A stretch of DNA of 64,000 nucleotides, from NCBI GenBank assembly GCA_026023565.1, contig JAPETS010000030.1, positions 248,001 to 312,000 of the forward strand. Reading direction: 5' to 3'. Position 1 is the first letter of the stretch. Each line of letters opens with the position of its first letter. The translations under genes and the position numbers were made by a program. Shown here one piece after another: positions 11,840 to 24,586 of this stretch. Under the pieces are notes generated by a model, which worked only from the letters and a program-made list of their open reading frames with translations, did not search any database and was not told where the DNA came from. The stretch is from Cirrosporium novae-zelandiae (Eukaryota).

Positions 11840-13062
11840 TCATGAAATCATGGGGTCGATGGCACCATTCCCTTGCATTATACTATCTTCGATACCATTC
11901 CGATAAGAAGTCAGTTCCGGTTCAAGGGCAAGACCTATCTTGACCGGTAGGTTTTTCTTTTCTTTGCGGGCTTTAACCTCGGCCCAGTTTCGTAGTCGGA
12001 CTAAGGCTCGGATCATAGCTTCCGGCCTCTCTCCTTGACTACTTAAGATAGCCTTATTTACTCTATCAGCAACGTCAGTCCTCAAGCGCGGATCAAGGAG
12101 ATCCTTCAATTCTGGAGCCAAGTTATCGGGCGGAAATATTAGCAAGGCCATGGTTTTTTCAAGGTCCTCGCGAAAATCGTCATTTGTTGATGCACGTGGT
12201 GCAAGATGTTTTGTAGCAAAATCGAGAGCGGGGGTTATATCATCATTGGGGTTTTTCAAACAAGACCGGATAAGTTCGACTAACTGAAGGCGTAGAAGAG
12301 CAAAATGAAGAGGCTTGTCATCATCTAGAATCTTGGTTAAGTTAGTGTAGGGAACCAAAATAATATGAGTAGTAATTGCGATTAGTCAAAATGTTGTTCA
12401 TACTGAGGACTGAAGTTGAGATTGTTTCTCATCAACACCCCGGAGAGTATATGAGTGGTGCATGAAACTAGTGTATAATCATAACAACAAAAAACAAAAA
12501 ATAAATTATGCAAAGCATAGAAATGAAAGTGGCAACATACCTGAGGATTTAATTCATTAATTTTGCTAATAGCTACTTCAGCATCTCCAGCATGAAGAGC
12601 ATCCTGGATATCAACTCTCTCGTTAATAGATCCCCGATCAGAGCGAATGTTAGCTTCAGCTGCAAATTTCTCTGCAGCTTTAGCATAGCCCTCATGTTTG
12701 AAATAATCCATAATTAAGAAGTTAATTTCCCTATCCAATTCCTCCAACGTCAGCAGATATTCATTTGTCTTGAGGACCATCGCGTTAAAGTAGAAGGTAT
12801 AGTTGAATATCAGATAGACAAGTAAAAGTCGTTCTCCACAGGGTTATTCGGAGAGATTCCCAACTTGATTTAGAAACATCATAAAAAGGGGAAAATGTGT
12901 TTGAGGCAATAACATAAAAGGGAGCATACGATTTTGATGGCCTTATCTCGTCTACTCTCACGTCAAAAGGGTGCCTGGGAGGCGTAGCCGTAGAAGTCGA
13001 TGAGGACGTCTGGCCTCCATTAGTACAACTGCACAATAACGGTGAACTAAAACACATACCAT
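11840..13062 (-). CDS. LisH/CTLH/CRA domain protein (Gid8/Twa1-like); exon 1 is ATG only; long introns 12731-12929 and 12332-12540
   Basis: EINFLIMDYF.HEGY..AAEKF (LisH), INELNPQ|ILD..LHFALLRLQLVELIR (CTLH), LEKTMALL (CRA). Confidence 0.88.
12393..12488 (-). ncRNA. Intronic box C/D snoRNA (snR40/U32A-like guide to SSU rRNA)
   Basis: Terminal stem GTTGT/ACAAC; box C ATGATTA, C' TTGATGA, box D ATGA; guide CATGCACCAC complementary to conserved 18S GUGGUGCAUG. Confidence 0.75.
12806..12887 (-). ncRNA. Intronic box C/D snoRNA (U79/snoR44-like guide to LSU rRNA, second guide to SSU 3' end)
   Basis: Box C ATGATGT; guide TGGGAATCTC (complement of LSU GAGAUUCCCA) before D' CCGA; C' GTGGAGA; ACGACTTTTACTT (complement of 18S AAGUAAAAGUCGU); box D CTGA. 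Confidence 0.8.
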
Positions 13063-13493
13063 GGTGGCAGCCAAAGACGGTATCTCATGCTCCATGAAAC
13101 TTTTGGGGCTTTGAGATGCAAAAGGTGGAGGGTGAAGAGTTTGAAGATGAAAAGTAGAAGCTTGAGGTTGAAATTCTGGCTTTTCTTGTTCAGGCTAGCA
13201 AAGGACCCACTACGCTAGCCAATGAGAAAATTTGAACTTACGGGAATATCCGATTCTTTAGTAGAGCCTCAGGCAACATAGTCAAAAGGGAGTAGTGGAT
13301 ATCTTTCGCGAATACCTACCTACATGTATTCAGGCTTTCCTACAAATTAGCCGATCTCTCATATTTACTGCTTTATTCCAAGCATTTATGCTTAAGTTTC
13401 ATTGTAATGTAATGTACATGTACATGTACCATGGCTCAAGACTGAAAACACTTTGTTTATTTCCATTGTTTTCTTACACTTCTCAGAATATCT

Positions 13494-14151
13494 CTAAATG
13501 GTGGGCCAAGAATGTTCAATAGGTTTCAGGTCACCAGCACCCTTAAATATCGTCAAGATGTTCGCTTGTTCTGCTAATAGATGCCTGTCTGTTTGCTTGT
13601 CTCCAACTGTTGCGAGCTTACGCCAGCGTTCGAGGTCTTCAGGGTTGCGTTTATCACCGTGGGCCTCAACGTTATGTTCCCAGTGGCCTTCACAAGAAGT
13701 CAGTCTCAACACGGGAGCAAAAAGCAAGGAATTATGTCCTAGAGATATTGGAAGTTTGGTCCTCACCCTTAGAGAACGCAATAAGTGTCGTGATGCGCTT
13801 CATCTTGATGTCATAAACTAATGAAACGATGGTTCCTGTCTCCTCAAGCCAATTGCATTGCCATAATTCATGAGGTCTGATGCATTGATATGAACATGTT
13901 TGATAGTTAAGTCGTCCGGCCATGGGACCGCCATGAATGGCATAAACTATGCGGTCCTAGATAAAGGCCCATGTTATCAAAGTGCTCTTTCGATTGCAAT
14001 GTTCATCTCCGACTCAGCTTACTTCAGAAAAGAACCACATCTCGTACCGCCACTTTTCTATTTTTCCGTCCTCAGTATGAACGTCATAATCATAAAGAAG
14101 ATGGACATCTCGGATGTCTTCATCAAAAGTGGTGTCTTTCAAAGAACCCAT
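13494..14151 (-). CDS. Phenolic (ferulic/p-coumaric) acid decarboxylase, PadC-type; exons 14151-14023, 13956-13767, 13687-13494
   Basis: Spliced product: MGSLKDTTFDEDIRDVHLLYDYD..KWRYEMWFFSE|DRIVYAIHGGPMAGRLNYQ..LWQCNWLEETGTIVSLVYD..FSKG|HWE..AHGDKRNPED. Confidence 0.9.
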
Positions 14152-14972
14152 AATTTTAGATTATCCAAATCAAGTAAACTCGGAATAATACAAGAAGAGG
14201 TAGAGTGAATGTTTGCGAGCACATAGGGACTACATATAAATACTTTGGGGCTTCGTATTACCATGTTGCAACGTGGTCGATGATGATGGTTATGTCAAGT
14301 CTCAACTCCACAATGTAACCACCTAAAAGAAACACGGATGCTTACCTCAGTGTAGAGGTGTTATAAGTTATAGAGAATTATGATCTGACTAGGAATCCGG
14401 TTCCGAGCTTTTAGGAGATACATGTTGCATCACGTAAAGGCGCCTTTGATTTGTCAAATAAAGCTAGAAGTATCCACATATCATATATCTAACGGCAGTT
14501 ATTCCGGTAGATAATGAGTTTACAAAGCACAGTAACATCCTTTTTCCTTTCTCGTATGATAGTTATCAAGATGGCATTGACTTGGGCTTTCCCAATAACC
14601 AGGTTCGGCAGGTATATTAGAATTCGCTAACTCCTGTCCAAATGACAAGAGTTCTTCTATCTTTCATATTCCATACCCCAGGTACCGTATGTGGCTAGAT
14701 TGAGTGGTGTTTAAAATGATTTTCTGCAGAACAATATTGTGAACCGTCTGCATAAAAAAGACATTACGGCAGACCCCACGATACTTTGTATATCACGAGA
14801 GATAAACTTAGAATTTTTGATAAATCACGTGCACGTCACCAATGGAAATGTGTTGTCAATTATTGACATCAAACCCTAACAATTATTAAACAAACTTCGA
14901 AAATGCTTTTGTAAATTTCCCCTTGGTGAGCTTAGTTTGAGCAAGATTTGCGGAGGAGACTACTTATTCAAG

Positions 14973-16677
14973 ATGTCTGTGGCTGAATCACAAAAAGCAC
15001 ATTATTCCCCACCGTGGGCAAATACGAGCATTATCGGCATTGCAGGAAGTTCAGGTTCTGGGAAGACGTCGTTAGCTCTTGAAATTGTGAATCGTTTGAG
15101 TCTGCCATGGGTTGCTATCTTGTCCATGGTGGGATTGTTGTCTTCAAAGGTTTGGCAGCCTCTGATTTGAGTGCCTCAGGATTCCTTCTACAAGACTCTC
15201 TCGCCAGAACAATCAAAGAAAGCCTTTCGAAATGAATACGATTTTGACTCTCCGAGTGCAATTGATTTTGATGTGCTAGTCCAAAGATTACATGATCTCA
15301 AGCAAGGGTATGGGCACCCTTTATCAAATAAAGGTCTCATAGACTAATGCTGTATGAAGGCGAAAGGCAGAAATTCCCGTCTACTCGTTTGAAAAACACC
15401 AGCGACTAACCGAGACTACTTCGATCTATTCGCCACACGTCCTAATTTTAGAAGGCATATTTGCACTTTACGATCCTCGAGTACTCGATTTATTGGACGT
15501 AAAGGTAATTTAATACTACCCACCTGCAACTCTTGAGAATGGGCTGATTCTGTATAGATATTTGCAGAAGCAGATGCAGATTTGTGTCTATCTAGAAGAA
15601 GTATGGATCTCGTCATGTAGTTGTCTTCGCTGACCAACGCTTAAAGTAAGTTACTCGTGATGTTCTTGAACGAGGTAGAGATATCGAAGGCGTTGTCAAG
15701 CAATGGTTCGGCTATGTAAAACCAAACTTCAAACGTTATGTGGAACCGCAGAGGAACATTGCCGATATCATAGTCCCTAGAGGAATAGAGAATACAGTCG
15801 CTATAGGTAGGTTCATTTCTTCAGTGCTCGTGGACGGCTCTGATTTTCGTTGTAGACATGATAGTCAAACACATTCAACGAACGTTGAATGAAAAGTCTC
15901 AGAGACACCGAGCAGAGCTGCAGAGTTTAGGGAAGGAAGTCGAAGATGAGCCCCTTTCCGCTCATATTCACGTTTTGAAGCAAACTCCACAATTGGTTGC
16001 TATGAACACTATCATCCAGAATTCTTTCACCTCACAGGAAGACTTTGTATTCTATTTTGATCGTTTGACGACGTTGCTTATGGAAAGGTTAGTCTTCTCA
16101 CGTTTGAGAGCTTGATAATAAAGGCTAATGGATAGAACGACAGAGCATTTGATAGCTTAACATTGGAGCCAAAGACAGTGCACACACCCCAAGGCCATGT
16201 GTATCAGGGTCTTCAACCTACTGGAGATGTTAGACCGATTTCCTATTGAAACCTTTGGCTGTTACTGACTCCTTTTAGGTTAGCGCTGTTGTCATACTAC
16301 GAGCAGGCGGATGCTTTGAAGCTGGTCTTCGACGAGTAGTTCCCGACTGCCAGACAGGACGACTCCTGATTCAGAGTAATTACAGAACCGGGGAACCACA
16401 GCTGCATTATCTGAAACTGCCTGGTAATATCTCTGACCACGAATGTGTTCTGATATTGGATCCGCAAATGTCAAGCGGAGGAGCAGCACTTATGGCGGTA
16501 CGAGTGCTAATAGATCATGGCGTTCCCGAGGAAAAAATTGTCTTTGTCACGTATCTGGCTGGGCAACTTGGGTTGAACAGGCTGGTGAGAGTGTATCCTG
16601 GGATCAAAGTTACCGTGTGCCATATCGTTGGGGACTTGGAGGAGAGGTGGATTGAGAAAAGGTATTTTGGCTGCTAG
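14973..16677 (+). CDS. URK1: Uridine kinase with C-terminal UPRTase-like domain (multi-exon)
   Basis: GIAGSSGSGKT P-loop, DSFYK, DFDSP, ERGRD, FVFYFDRL, LDPQMSSGGAALMA, RYFGC*. Confidence 0.93.
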
Positions 16678-17622
16678 ACGATACTTATGTTCAAGCTATC
16701 TAGGGGATAGAAAACATTTTCGGGTGATATCATGAGGCACGCCTTCTGTCTGGACAAATGTATTTTTCTAGTTCCTATATCTCTCTTAGCAAATACATAT
16801 TCCTGGACAGCAGGCAATCCGAAAATATGGGAAAGAGATAAGGCTCAATCGGGTCTCAAGCATCATTATATTTTTGGAAACTGATGTGTGTAGAGAAGCC
16901 CGTAATGAAAAAGTAATATAAGAAACATATATATTCCGAATGTCAGCCATGCTACTATGCTGTTGGCTTCGTTAGATTTGCTATAATTGACGAAGGCTCT
17001 TCATAACAGAATGGTATTAGAGCTAATCAACGGAAGCATCCCTATCGCCCTCAACCATCCCAGAGAACCGAGGACGACTAGGGATATATGGAATAATTCG
17101 CGATTTGTTGAGCCAGGTGGGAAAGTTCCTGGATATATCAAGATAATAAATGAGCTAGCTGAAGGTATTTATCAACGTCTCCGATGCTCGTAGCTGAGAG
17201 CACTTGCTCTTGGGTTGATAGTACGAAATTATAGCAAATCTTATCCATGTATAAAATTCTATCATAATTAGGGCTTGACTATGAATTTAGCTAATGAAGT
17301 AGTGCCTCTTGTCTGACTAAAAAAAAGTTTTTAATATTTAACATAGGGTTGATTTCTCAGTTGAGAATTTCTGAAGATTCATCTAGCAAGAACGCTTTAG
17401 TTCTTGTAATATGGCTTTGACTTGGATATGTTAGTGAAGACCTTCTTCTAATGACTAGGCAGAAATCAAGTTTTAGATCTCTAAAAGCACCAGGAGGTTT
17501 GATCTCCACCCCTGAATACCGAATACTATATATACTAAGATATGATGTTAGGGTCATTGAAAATAGAAATTGGTGACGCTGTTATATGTACAGAAAGAAC
17601 ACCTGCCTTAATACCTTCATAA

Positions 17623-18406
17623 TCACTTGGTGGGAATTTTCTTTAGCGTTCCCGGACTGTGTAAGAAGTTGTTTGCGTAGGCCTTGGGGACGAACTTTCG
17701 CTCATTTGGCTCCTGTACAAAGTATTCATATCCTTGCTTTTGAGCAAATCGGACTGCATCCTCCTTAGATTTGAAATTTAGATGTGTACCCTGCATTGAA
17801 TCGGCTGATGATTGCCAACCCATGAGCGGGTTTTCCCAGCGATATCCTTTTGATAGCGGATCCCAGTCCATACGCCAATCATTTCCATACCAGGTGCCAG
17901 ATTGTGTTGCTGCCTTTGTTGGTTTGTATATGCTTGGCATGGTCAATTTACATCTCGAAACTCGACGAAAGTAAGGCTTACCGAACTGTTCGAGCTTGCA
18001 GGTCAACTGGGGCGCCGGATAGAACGGCAGCCGATACGACTTCTCCTGGTTCACTGCCATCCATCACACGTCTCGGAACCGGAGAGAACTTTCTATTCTA
18101 TGGTCAATTGATATCCGTTGTACCAAAAATGAGCTGTCCTTCATACGATGTTCCATGATCAACTGTGGCATTATAATCTGGCAGATGCCTGACTAGCGAT
18201 TCTGAGGACGTTTCTTGACGGATCATTGTGCTCGCACCTGGAGTCTCTCCTGGTGCATCAGACGGAGAAGTCGTCAATGGCGCCTCTGCTGATCGAGATG
18301 AGGCGGATGTGCTATTGTAGTAGATTCCGCCAACCCGGATATTACGCTCAATATTTGAGATAGGCACTCGTAAGACACGAGTATAAGAAGATCGTAAAAA
18401 AGACAT
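17623..18406 (-). CDS. NDUFS4: Mitochondrial complex I subunit NDUFS4 (18/21 kDa), spliced
   Basis: IYKP.K.ATQSG, RWENPLMGWQSSAD, F.SKEDA..FA.KQGY; N-terminal presequence-like exon. Confidence 0.93.
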
Positions 18407-18717
18407 GATGGACGAGAGTGGAGAGCTTGAGGATGGCAAGTAGCCTTGCTGATATGAGAAGAATAGCTTCAACAATCCTGGTTGACCCGAAAGTGGTTCA
18501 ATAGATATCACGTGATTGGATTAACCGGGCCGACAAGTTCAACTCCAAAGTTGAGGAACTCCTACATACAAGCCCCAAACTCGATTCTTTGATACATTGG
18601 ACTTTATCAAAATCCCCTCTCTACTCTTCCTCAATTGAGGTAAGAAGGCCAATTAAATAGCATTCGTCAGAGAACTACTGTTGATCGGATTTCATAATAG
18701 GACAAACTGTTGCAAAA

Positions 18718-19354
18718 ATGTCCTACATTGCCCGCCGCGCTATTTCTACTCTCATCCCACCGAAGGTATATAAGTACCCTCTAATTAATGCCATTTATGT
18801 ATTAACAATATTCCTCGATTTAGATCGCAAACCCATCTGTGAGTACCCACTCATCGTCTCATACAAAAGATTATCCACCGGTTCCGGCGAGTTCATGCCA
18901 CGCTCCCGACGCTTTCGTCAAGAATTGTTGAATTTGCACATATTTCCTAGGCGCAAATGAAATCGCTACATGGTTTATGACTGAATAATTATCAGGGTCT
19001 TGGTGCAGTCAAGGATGCTGCCCGCATGCAACGCGTGGTAGATTTCTATAGCAAGATACCGAAGGGTCCAGCCCCAGAAATAAAGCCCCGAGGCTTGATT
19101 GAGAGATACCAGGCTAGGTATTTCGGAAAGAACCCATCGGCCAAGCGTGAGTCCTTACGATAAAGACTAAAGATCAAGGTATTCAACTAACGCTTCTACA
19201 CCTATATAGCTATCGTCCACCTCATTGCCGCGATGATGATCCTTGGATACGCTCAGGAGTACTATTTCCATCTCCGTATGTTCGCATGTGATCCTGACCG
19301 GGGGACGAAACTAATACCACATCTATAGGACACCACAAGAATAACGCTCACTAG
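18718..19354 (+). CDS. ATP17: Mitochondrial ATP synthase subunit f (5 exons including a 15-nt microexon)
   Basis: STLIPPK|IANPS|GLGAVKDAARMQRVVDFYSKIPKGPAP..YFG..GYAQEYYFHL|RHHKNNAH*. Confidence 0.93.
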
Positions 19355-20126
19355 AGAGCATGGATGCTATTAGTTAAAGGATGCTACGCATAGCCTTGTA
19401 CATAGGTAGCTAGCATATCGATGGGTTATCCTGATAAACAGATTCATTCTAACTAAGAAACATTTCTTATTTTTTCCTACTCGTAGCTTCCAGGGGAGAT
19501 GGGCATGTATCTCGTATTATCCGTCATATGTAATAATCGGTTGTTTACTGTGTAGTTGTTGTAACGTAGCAAACGATCAGAGCAACGCCACCCTTGTGTT
19601 GAGAATGGGTCTATGACGTGTTTGGGGCTGAGGAAGAAGAACCAGGTGAAGATAATATTAGTTACTCGAAACTGATTTGATTGTCTTGACCATAACTCGC
19701 TTTTAAATGAATGCTAAAGTAGTTGATTGGGAATTCACGTTCAGCAGATTGAGTCACGAGTAAGTTCTTTCATCGACTCGGCTCTCTCCGTTCCCTCACT
19801 CTCGCCAAGCCTCTCAAGGCCGTTAAGGCGAGACTTTGAGAACAACGTCCTCCTATTGACACCATATTCCCCGCCGCGACGACGAGCAATCCGCTCTTAT
19901 CATCATACGTCTAAGGACACGCTTCGAACCCTCCTTTCTACCTCCAGACCCCACGAATCTACCGTGGTGCTCGATCTCGACCACCTGAGTACCTGACCTA
20001 AGCTTCCACCGGCGCACATTATCTGGCATCGCTGCCAAACACGAATAGAAACCAAAGAGAGAGCTGCAAATAACCATCGTGGCTACTCTGGTTACCTGAT
20101 AATAGGTATAGACCATATTTTACTTC

Positions 20127-23100
20127 ATGACTACGTCTATTTGCGCCACCCTACCCATGGCCCTACACGACTCCCCTTCAGATGATGGAGATCAAAAGTC
20201 TGACGAGCGAAACTCCTCTTTTTCTAAAACAGATCCGAACCTTGTTATGGCAGAGCAGAGTGTCCACGATGTGGTAAACCAAGCCCAGTCGGTTGGCGAT
20301 CATTCGCCATCCGACGTTACTGCAACCACATCCACAACCAGCGCCGTGAAAGGGGACGAGAATGCGGAGGACAATAAAATTACAGCACATATTTCTAAAT
20401 CAAGTAAAGCATTAGATGATTTGGGTGATCATATAACTGCCACCGAACACCAAGCCGATGACCTCGACCAGCGAGGTAGATCCCGCGGCAACCAGGCAGC
20501 AGTGAGTTTTTCTATTTCTGTTCATGAATTTGCGCTGATTCTGCAGTTAAAACAGGGACAAACAAGCATCGAAATTTCTGAAACTCCCTCGGCCTCGCCA
20601 GACCTCAACAGTACGAAACTTGACCACTTATCCGACGATTCACATCTACATCACCTAGAAATTAGTGGCGGCTCAGACACAGATACAAGCCGCGCTACCA
20701 GTCAAGATGCAAATGGATCAAGCAGACATTCACGCACAAATTCGGTTCGAAAACCAACTTCCTTTAAGTCCGTATCAGTAACCAAAAGCTTTCTTGCCAA
20801 AACAGCCGCTGCATCTTCCGCTTCTAAAGTTAATGGAGACAAAGCTCCTGCTGTGACTAGCACTAACCTCTTAACCAACGTTCATCATGGATCAAAAACT
20901 CGGCTTGTAAATAAATCTACAACAGGTCTTCGCGACTCGATCTCGAAAGCCAGCGGAGTACGTGGTAGGAGCGGAGGTGATAAGGGACCAGACCCTTTGC
21001 AAGTTTGGAATAGAAATAGGCGTATGTTAATAATGGTATTTTGTGGATGCTGAAGCTGATATCATCAACAGCCGTTCAACCCGCTGCTCCAAAACATCTA
21101 ACAGATGAAGAACTAAAGAAACAATATGGAATATCTATGGCCACTCGATTAGATGCGAACGATGAGAGCAAGGAAGCGAAATGGGCTGATATAGATGATG
21201 ATGAAGATGAATGGGCTCCCGAAACAATTGAATGGGCTGATGGCACTAAAATCACATTGTCACATACTGAGAAGCCCCCAGAACCGGAGAAAACACAAAC
21301 TCGACTTATTAGACAATCTGATGACCAGAGGGAAAAGTCTAAGTCGCCTTCTATAAAACCCATAAGTTCGATTGGCCCTAATGCCACTGTTCTTAAGATT
21401 GGCGCATCTGCAGCGCACCAAAACAAATCTAACGGATATGGTGTTAAAGGACAGCTTGATAAGACTGGTTCGTCAAGTTCAGTCGAGGCTCCGGTTCCTT
21501 CTAAATCTCCGTGGGCGCCTCTTCCGCCGGTAGACAAAGTTTCACCTATTCCGATCAATCCCTCAGCTCAAGGCCCAGGACGCTTTGGCCAAAGAGATCC
21601 CCATGGATTTCAATCTATGCCACCAATACCACCAGCTGCCAAGGAGATTGCCGCAGATGACTTTAATAGATCATGGCGGGATAGCTCAGGAGGGACCCAA
21701 AGAGAATTATTCAATTCTCATAACGGTCGCTATGAACCTGTGAACGGAAACCGCCGCTCTTCAAGGAACGATCAACAATTCCGGGCTCCGTCTGTCTTAC
21801 AGCGACCGTCACTCAATGATCAGCAGGGACCTGCTGAACCGTCCGCAGCTTTCCAAACTTCAAGGACTAGTGTTGACGGGAGCATGTGGGGTCGAAGACG
21901 AACCTCTTCAAACGTTAGCGGGGGAAGCGGAAGTTTAGCTCGTCGAATGTCGATAGGAAAAGTACCGGATATCCCCCCATTTCCAAATGATATTCATCAA
22001 CGGAGAAGTTCCCAACAATCTGGCCCTTCTGACCGAGTTGAGTCGCCTCGGAATATTCCTAATAGCACAAATCTTCAATCATATCCTCAACGGTCGTTCT
22101 CACCAGGGCGGCAAAATCAAAATTACCAGAGTGGGCCATCTCCAAATTTGAACCATGCTCATCCTGCAGTATATAAAGGACCTGGAAGTGAAGGTCCGCA
22201 GCAGAATATACCGGGTGGAGAAACGACAATAGCCCCTGAAAATAAACCTGAAGGCGAGGATCTAGATATGCAGAGAGCCATTCAACACAAATTGATGCTG
22301 GAGAAGCGGGAGTTGGCGATCAAGCGCCGTAGAGAGCAGGAGGAACGAGAGGAAGCAGAAAAACGAGAGCGGATTAGGTTGAAGATGGAAGCTCTTGGCT
22401 TACCACCCCTAGAAGAAAAGAAAGCAAAGTCTAACGAAGTATCCCCGGCGACAGCTACAACTCCAAAGGAGCCAATGTTATCTCCTCAAAAATCGACTAA
22501 GGCATTATCACCCCCTAAACCTCCTGTTCCAACTGCAGCAGATGAACCCGTTCGATATGGGATGATGACACTTCATTCACCACAAACCATTAGACGCCAA
22601 GTTCCTCGAGAAAAGGGGAACCACCAACCTATTCCTCCACGCAATGATATGTCACCTAGGAAATCGCCCGTTGAACCTCTGCTCGAAGCCAACCCACCAG
22701 TCATTAATGGAAATCGGGTTCATGACCCCCTTCGACAACGAGGTAAACCTCCGCTTTCACCGAGAGAACAAATGCATAAACCGGAAGACCAACCCCTTGC
22801 TGAAAAGCTCGAGCAACCGAATCCTGAAACCCCTAGTCCATGGGCTGCAACAAGAGGAATGGTCCCTCCTCTATCCACCAATGTATGGGGCCCTCCTAGC
22901 AATGACAAAACACTCGGGAACGGAACTTTCGACACTAGCATTCCACCTTTCCCATCACAGGCATTACGCCAGCCTCCTCACACATCGGGGTCAGATCAAG
23001 GCTATAGTGGAACACAGAACGAGTCTACAAGAGCCTCCATTCCCGCTCAATTTCAGTCAGTGGATTCTGTCCCGAAATCTAATACTGGAGATAACCAGAT

Positions 23101-24586
23101 TCCTCCTGGAACCTTGCCATCCGATAAGCCAATACCCGTCGAAGAACAAAGTTCTTCCGAAAAAACTGTGCCAGAGCCTATTCAGCAATCTTATAGGCGT
23201 GCGGCTCCTGTAAGACCGCCAGCTGGATTTGGGAGAGATTACCGCCCCCCTCGAGCACCCCCTACTAACAATTCCGTCACTTCAGCATGGAACAACTTCC
23301 ACGTGGTAGCCGCAAAGGAAGATGCTGAAGGACGGGCAAAGGTCATTGAAGAGAGGCAGACGCGGATTAAAGACGATGCCAAAAGTGGTATTCGGCCAGA
23401 CCCAGCCCAGCCAACTTTCAAAGAAACTTGGCGTCAAACACAGGCTAATGATGATGGAGGACGTCAAGTCATCAACGTTGAACGCACATTGAATGCACCT
23501 CAGCCTTTCAATCAAAGTCCACGGGATTTTGGAGTAATTGGAGAGCGTCCACCAATGGACCATATTGGCAGACAGTTGCCTGGTCCCTCTGTAACCCGTG
23601 GGTCACGTTTTTTCCCTCAGGTTGGAGACAGTCACTCTCAGACTCGAAGGGCCGTTAACTCGCAGCCAGAGGATATCTCGACCTCCGAACCTCCTCCGCC
23701 CGACTCAGAGGGCCACCCTGCTTATGATGGAAACATGCAACGACCAGTAGTCTGTTTACCACTTCCAAAGCCTGTTGTGAAGCTACCGCCGGCGGTTACA
23801 TCACCACTACCTCCTCCAGTTGCTCCTCCGACCTTTGCTGCCATGGTTGCGAATCCTCAACCACTTCGTATAGACTCACGGCCAATCGCATCGACCGCAT
23901 CATGGCAAGATCGGTTTAATGGACTTCTTGGCCGAAAACCCGCGATTCCAGAGAAGCCTAATGTTATAGCTGTTAGCTCATCTACAAAAGTTCCTCTAGA
24001 AGCATCCTTTTCTGAAGCCCCGGCTGCTGTATCTCTCCCACAGGTAATTCATTTGGAAGCTGCTAAAACAACATCGAAAGATTACGAAGATGAAGAGGCC
24101 CTCTTCGAGGATCGTACGGTCGGCTCGACACCCACTGTGCGGTTGGCGAAAATGGCTCCTAGAAATGCTTGGCAGCCCGTGACACCTCCACGAGCAAAAT
24201 CTAGAAACGTCAAGCCTGTTCAGATTTTGAGTGTTGAACCTTTCGTCTTTGATGTCTTCCCCAATTCCAACGGTCCTGGAGTTAGAATCTTTACTCACCT
24301 TCCAGGTCTAAATGCTTATTCGAAAATTATGACCGGTGAATATGCGGAGTATATCCTTACCAATATCCAGCGTCCTTCTAAATCTCAAACGCCGCCTGTT
24401 AAGCCTCGACAGGCTTCAAACTACAAGCCACGCAAGGGCCCCAAGAGCCGTGACGGCTTCAATCGAAGTGACTCACGGAAGACATCATCACCTACCCCAT
24501 CAGTCTCTGCTACTAGCAATTCTCCACGACAGAATTACTCCCACTGGAGAAATAATAGGGGACAAGGCCGTACTGCCAGAGTATAA
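20127..24586 (+). CDS. Large, mostly disordered Pro/Ser/Arg-rich conserved fungal protein (PRRC2/BAT2-like architecture); introns ~20502-20557 and 21022-21070
   Basis: 308 aa and 1181 aa ORFs joined by a GT-AG intron after VWNRNR; conserved islands WADIDDDEDEW, EIAADDFNRSW, an E/R coiled coil and WQDRFNGL. Confidence 0.75.

Noticed and set aside
18839..18995. Longer ATP17 intron with small hairpins, considered as a snoRNA host
   Set aside because: No convincing C/D boxes, H/ACA architecture or rRNA complementarity found.
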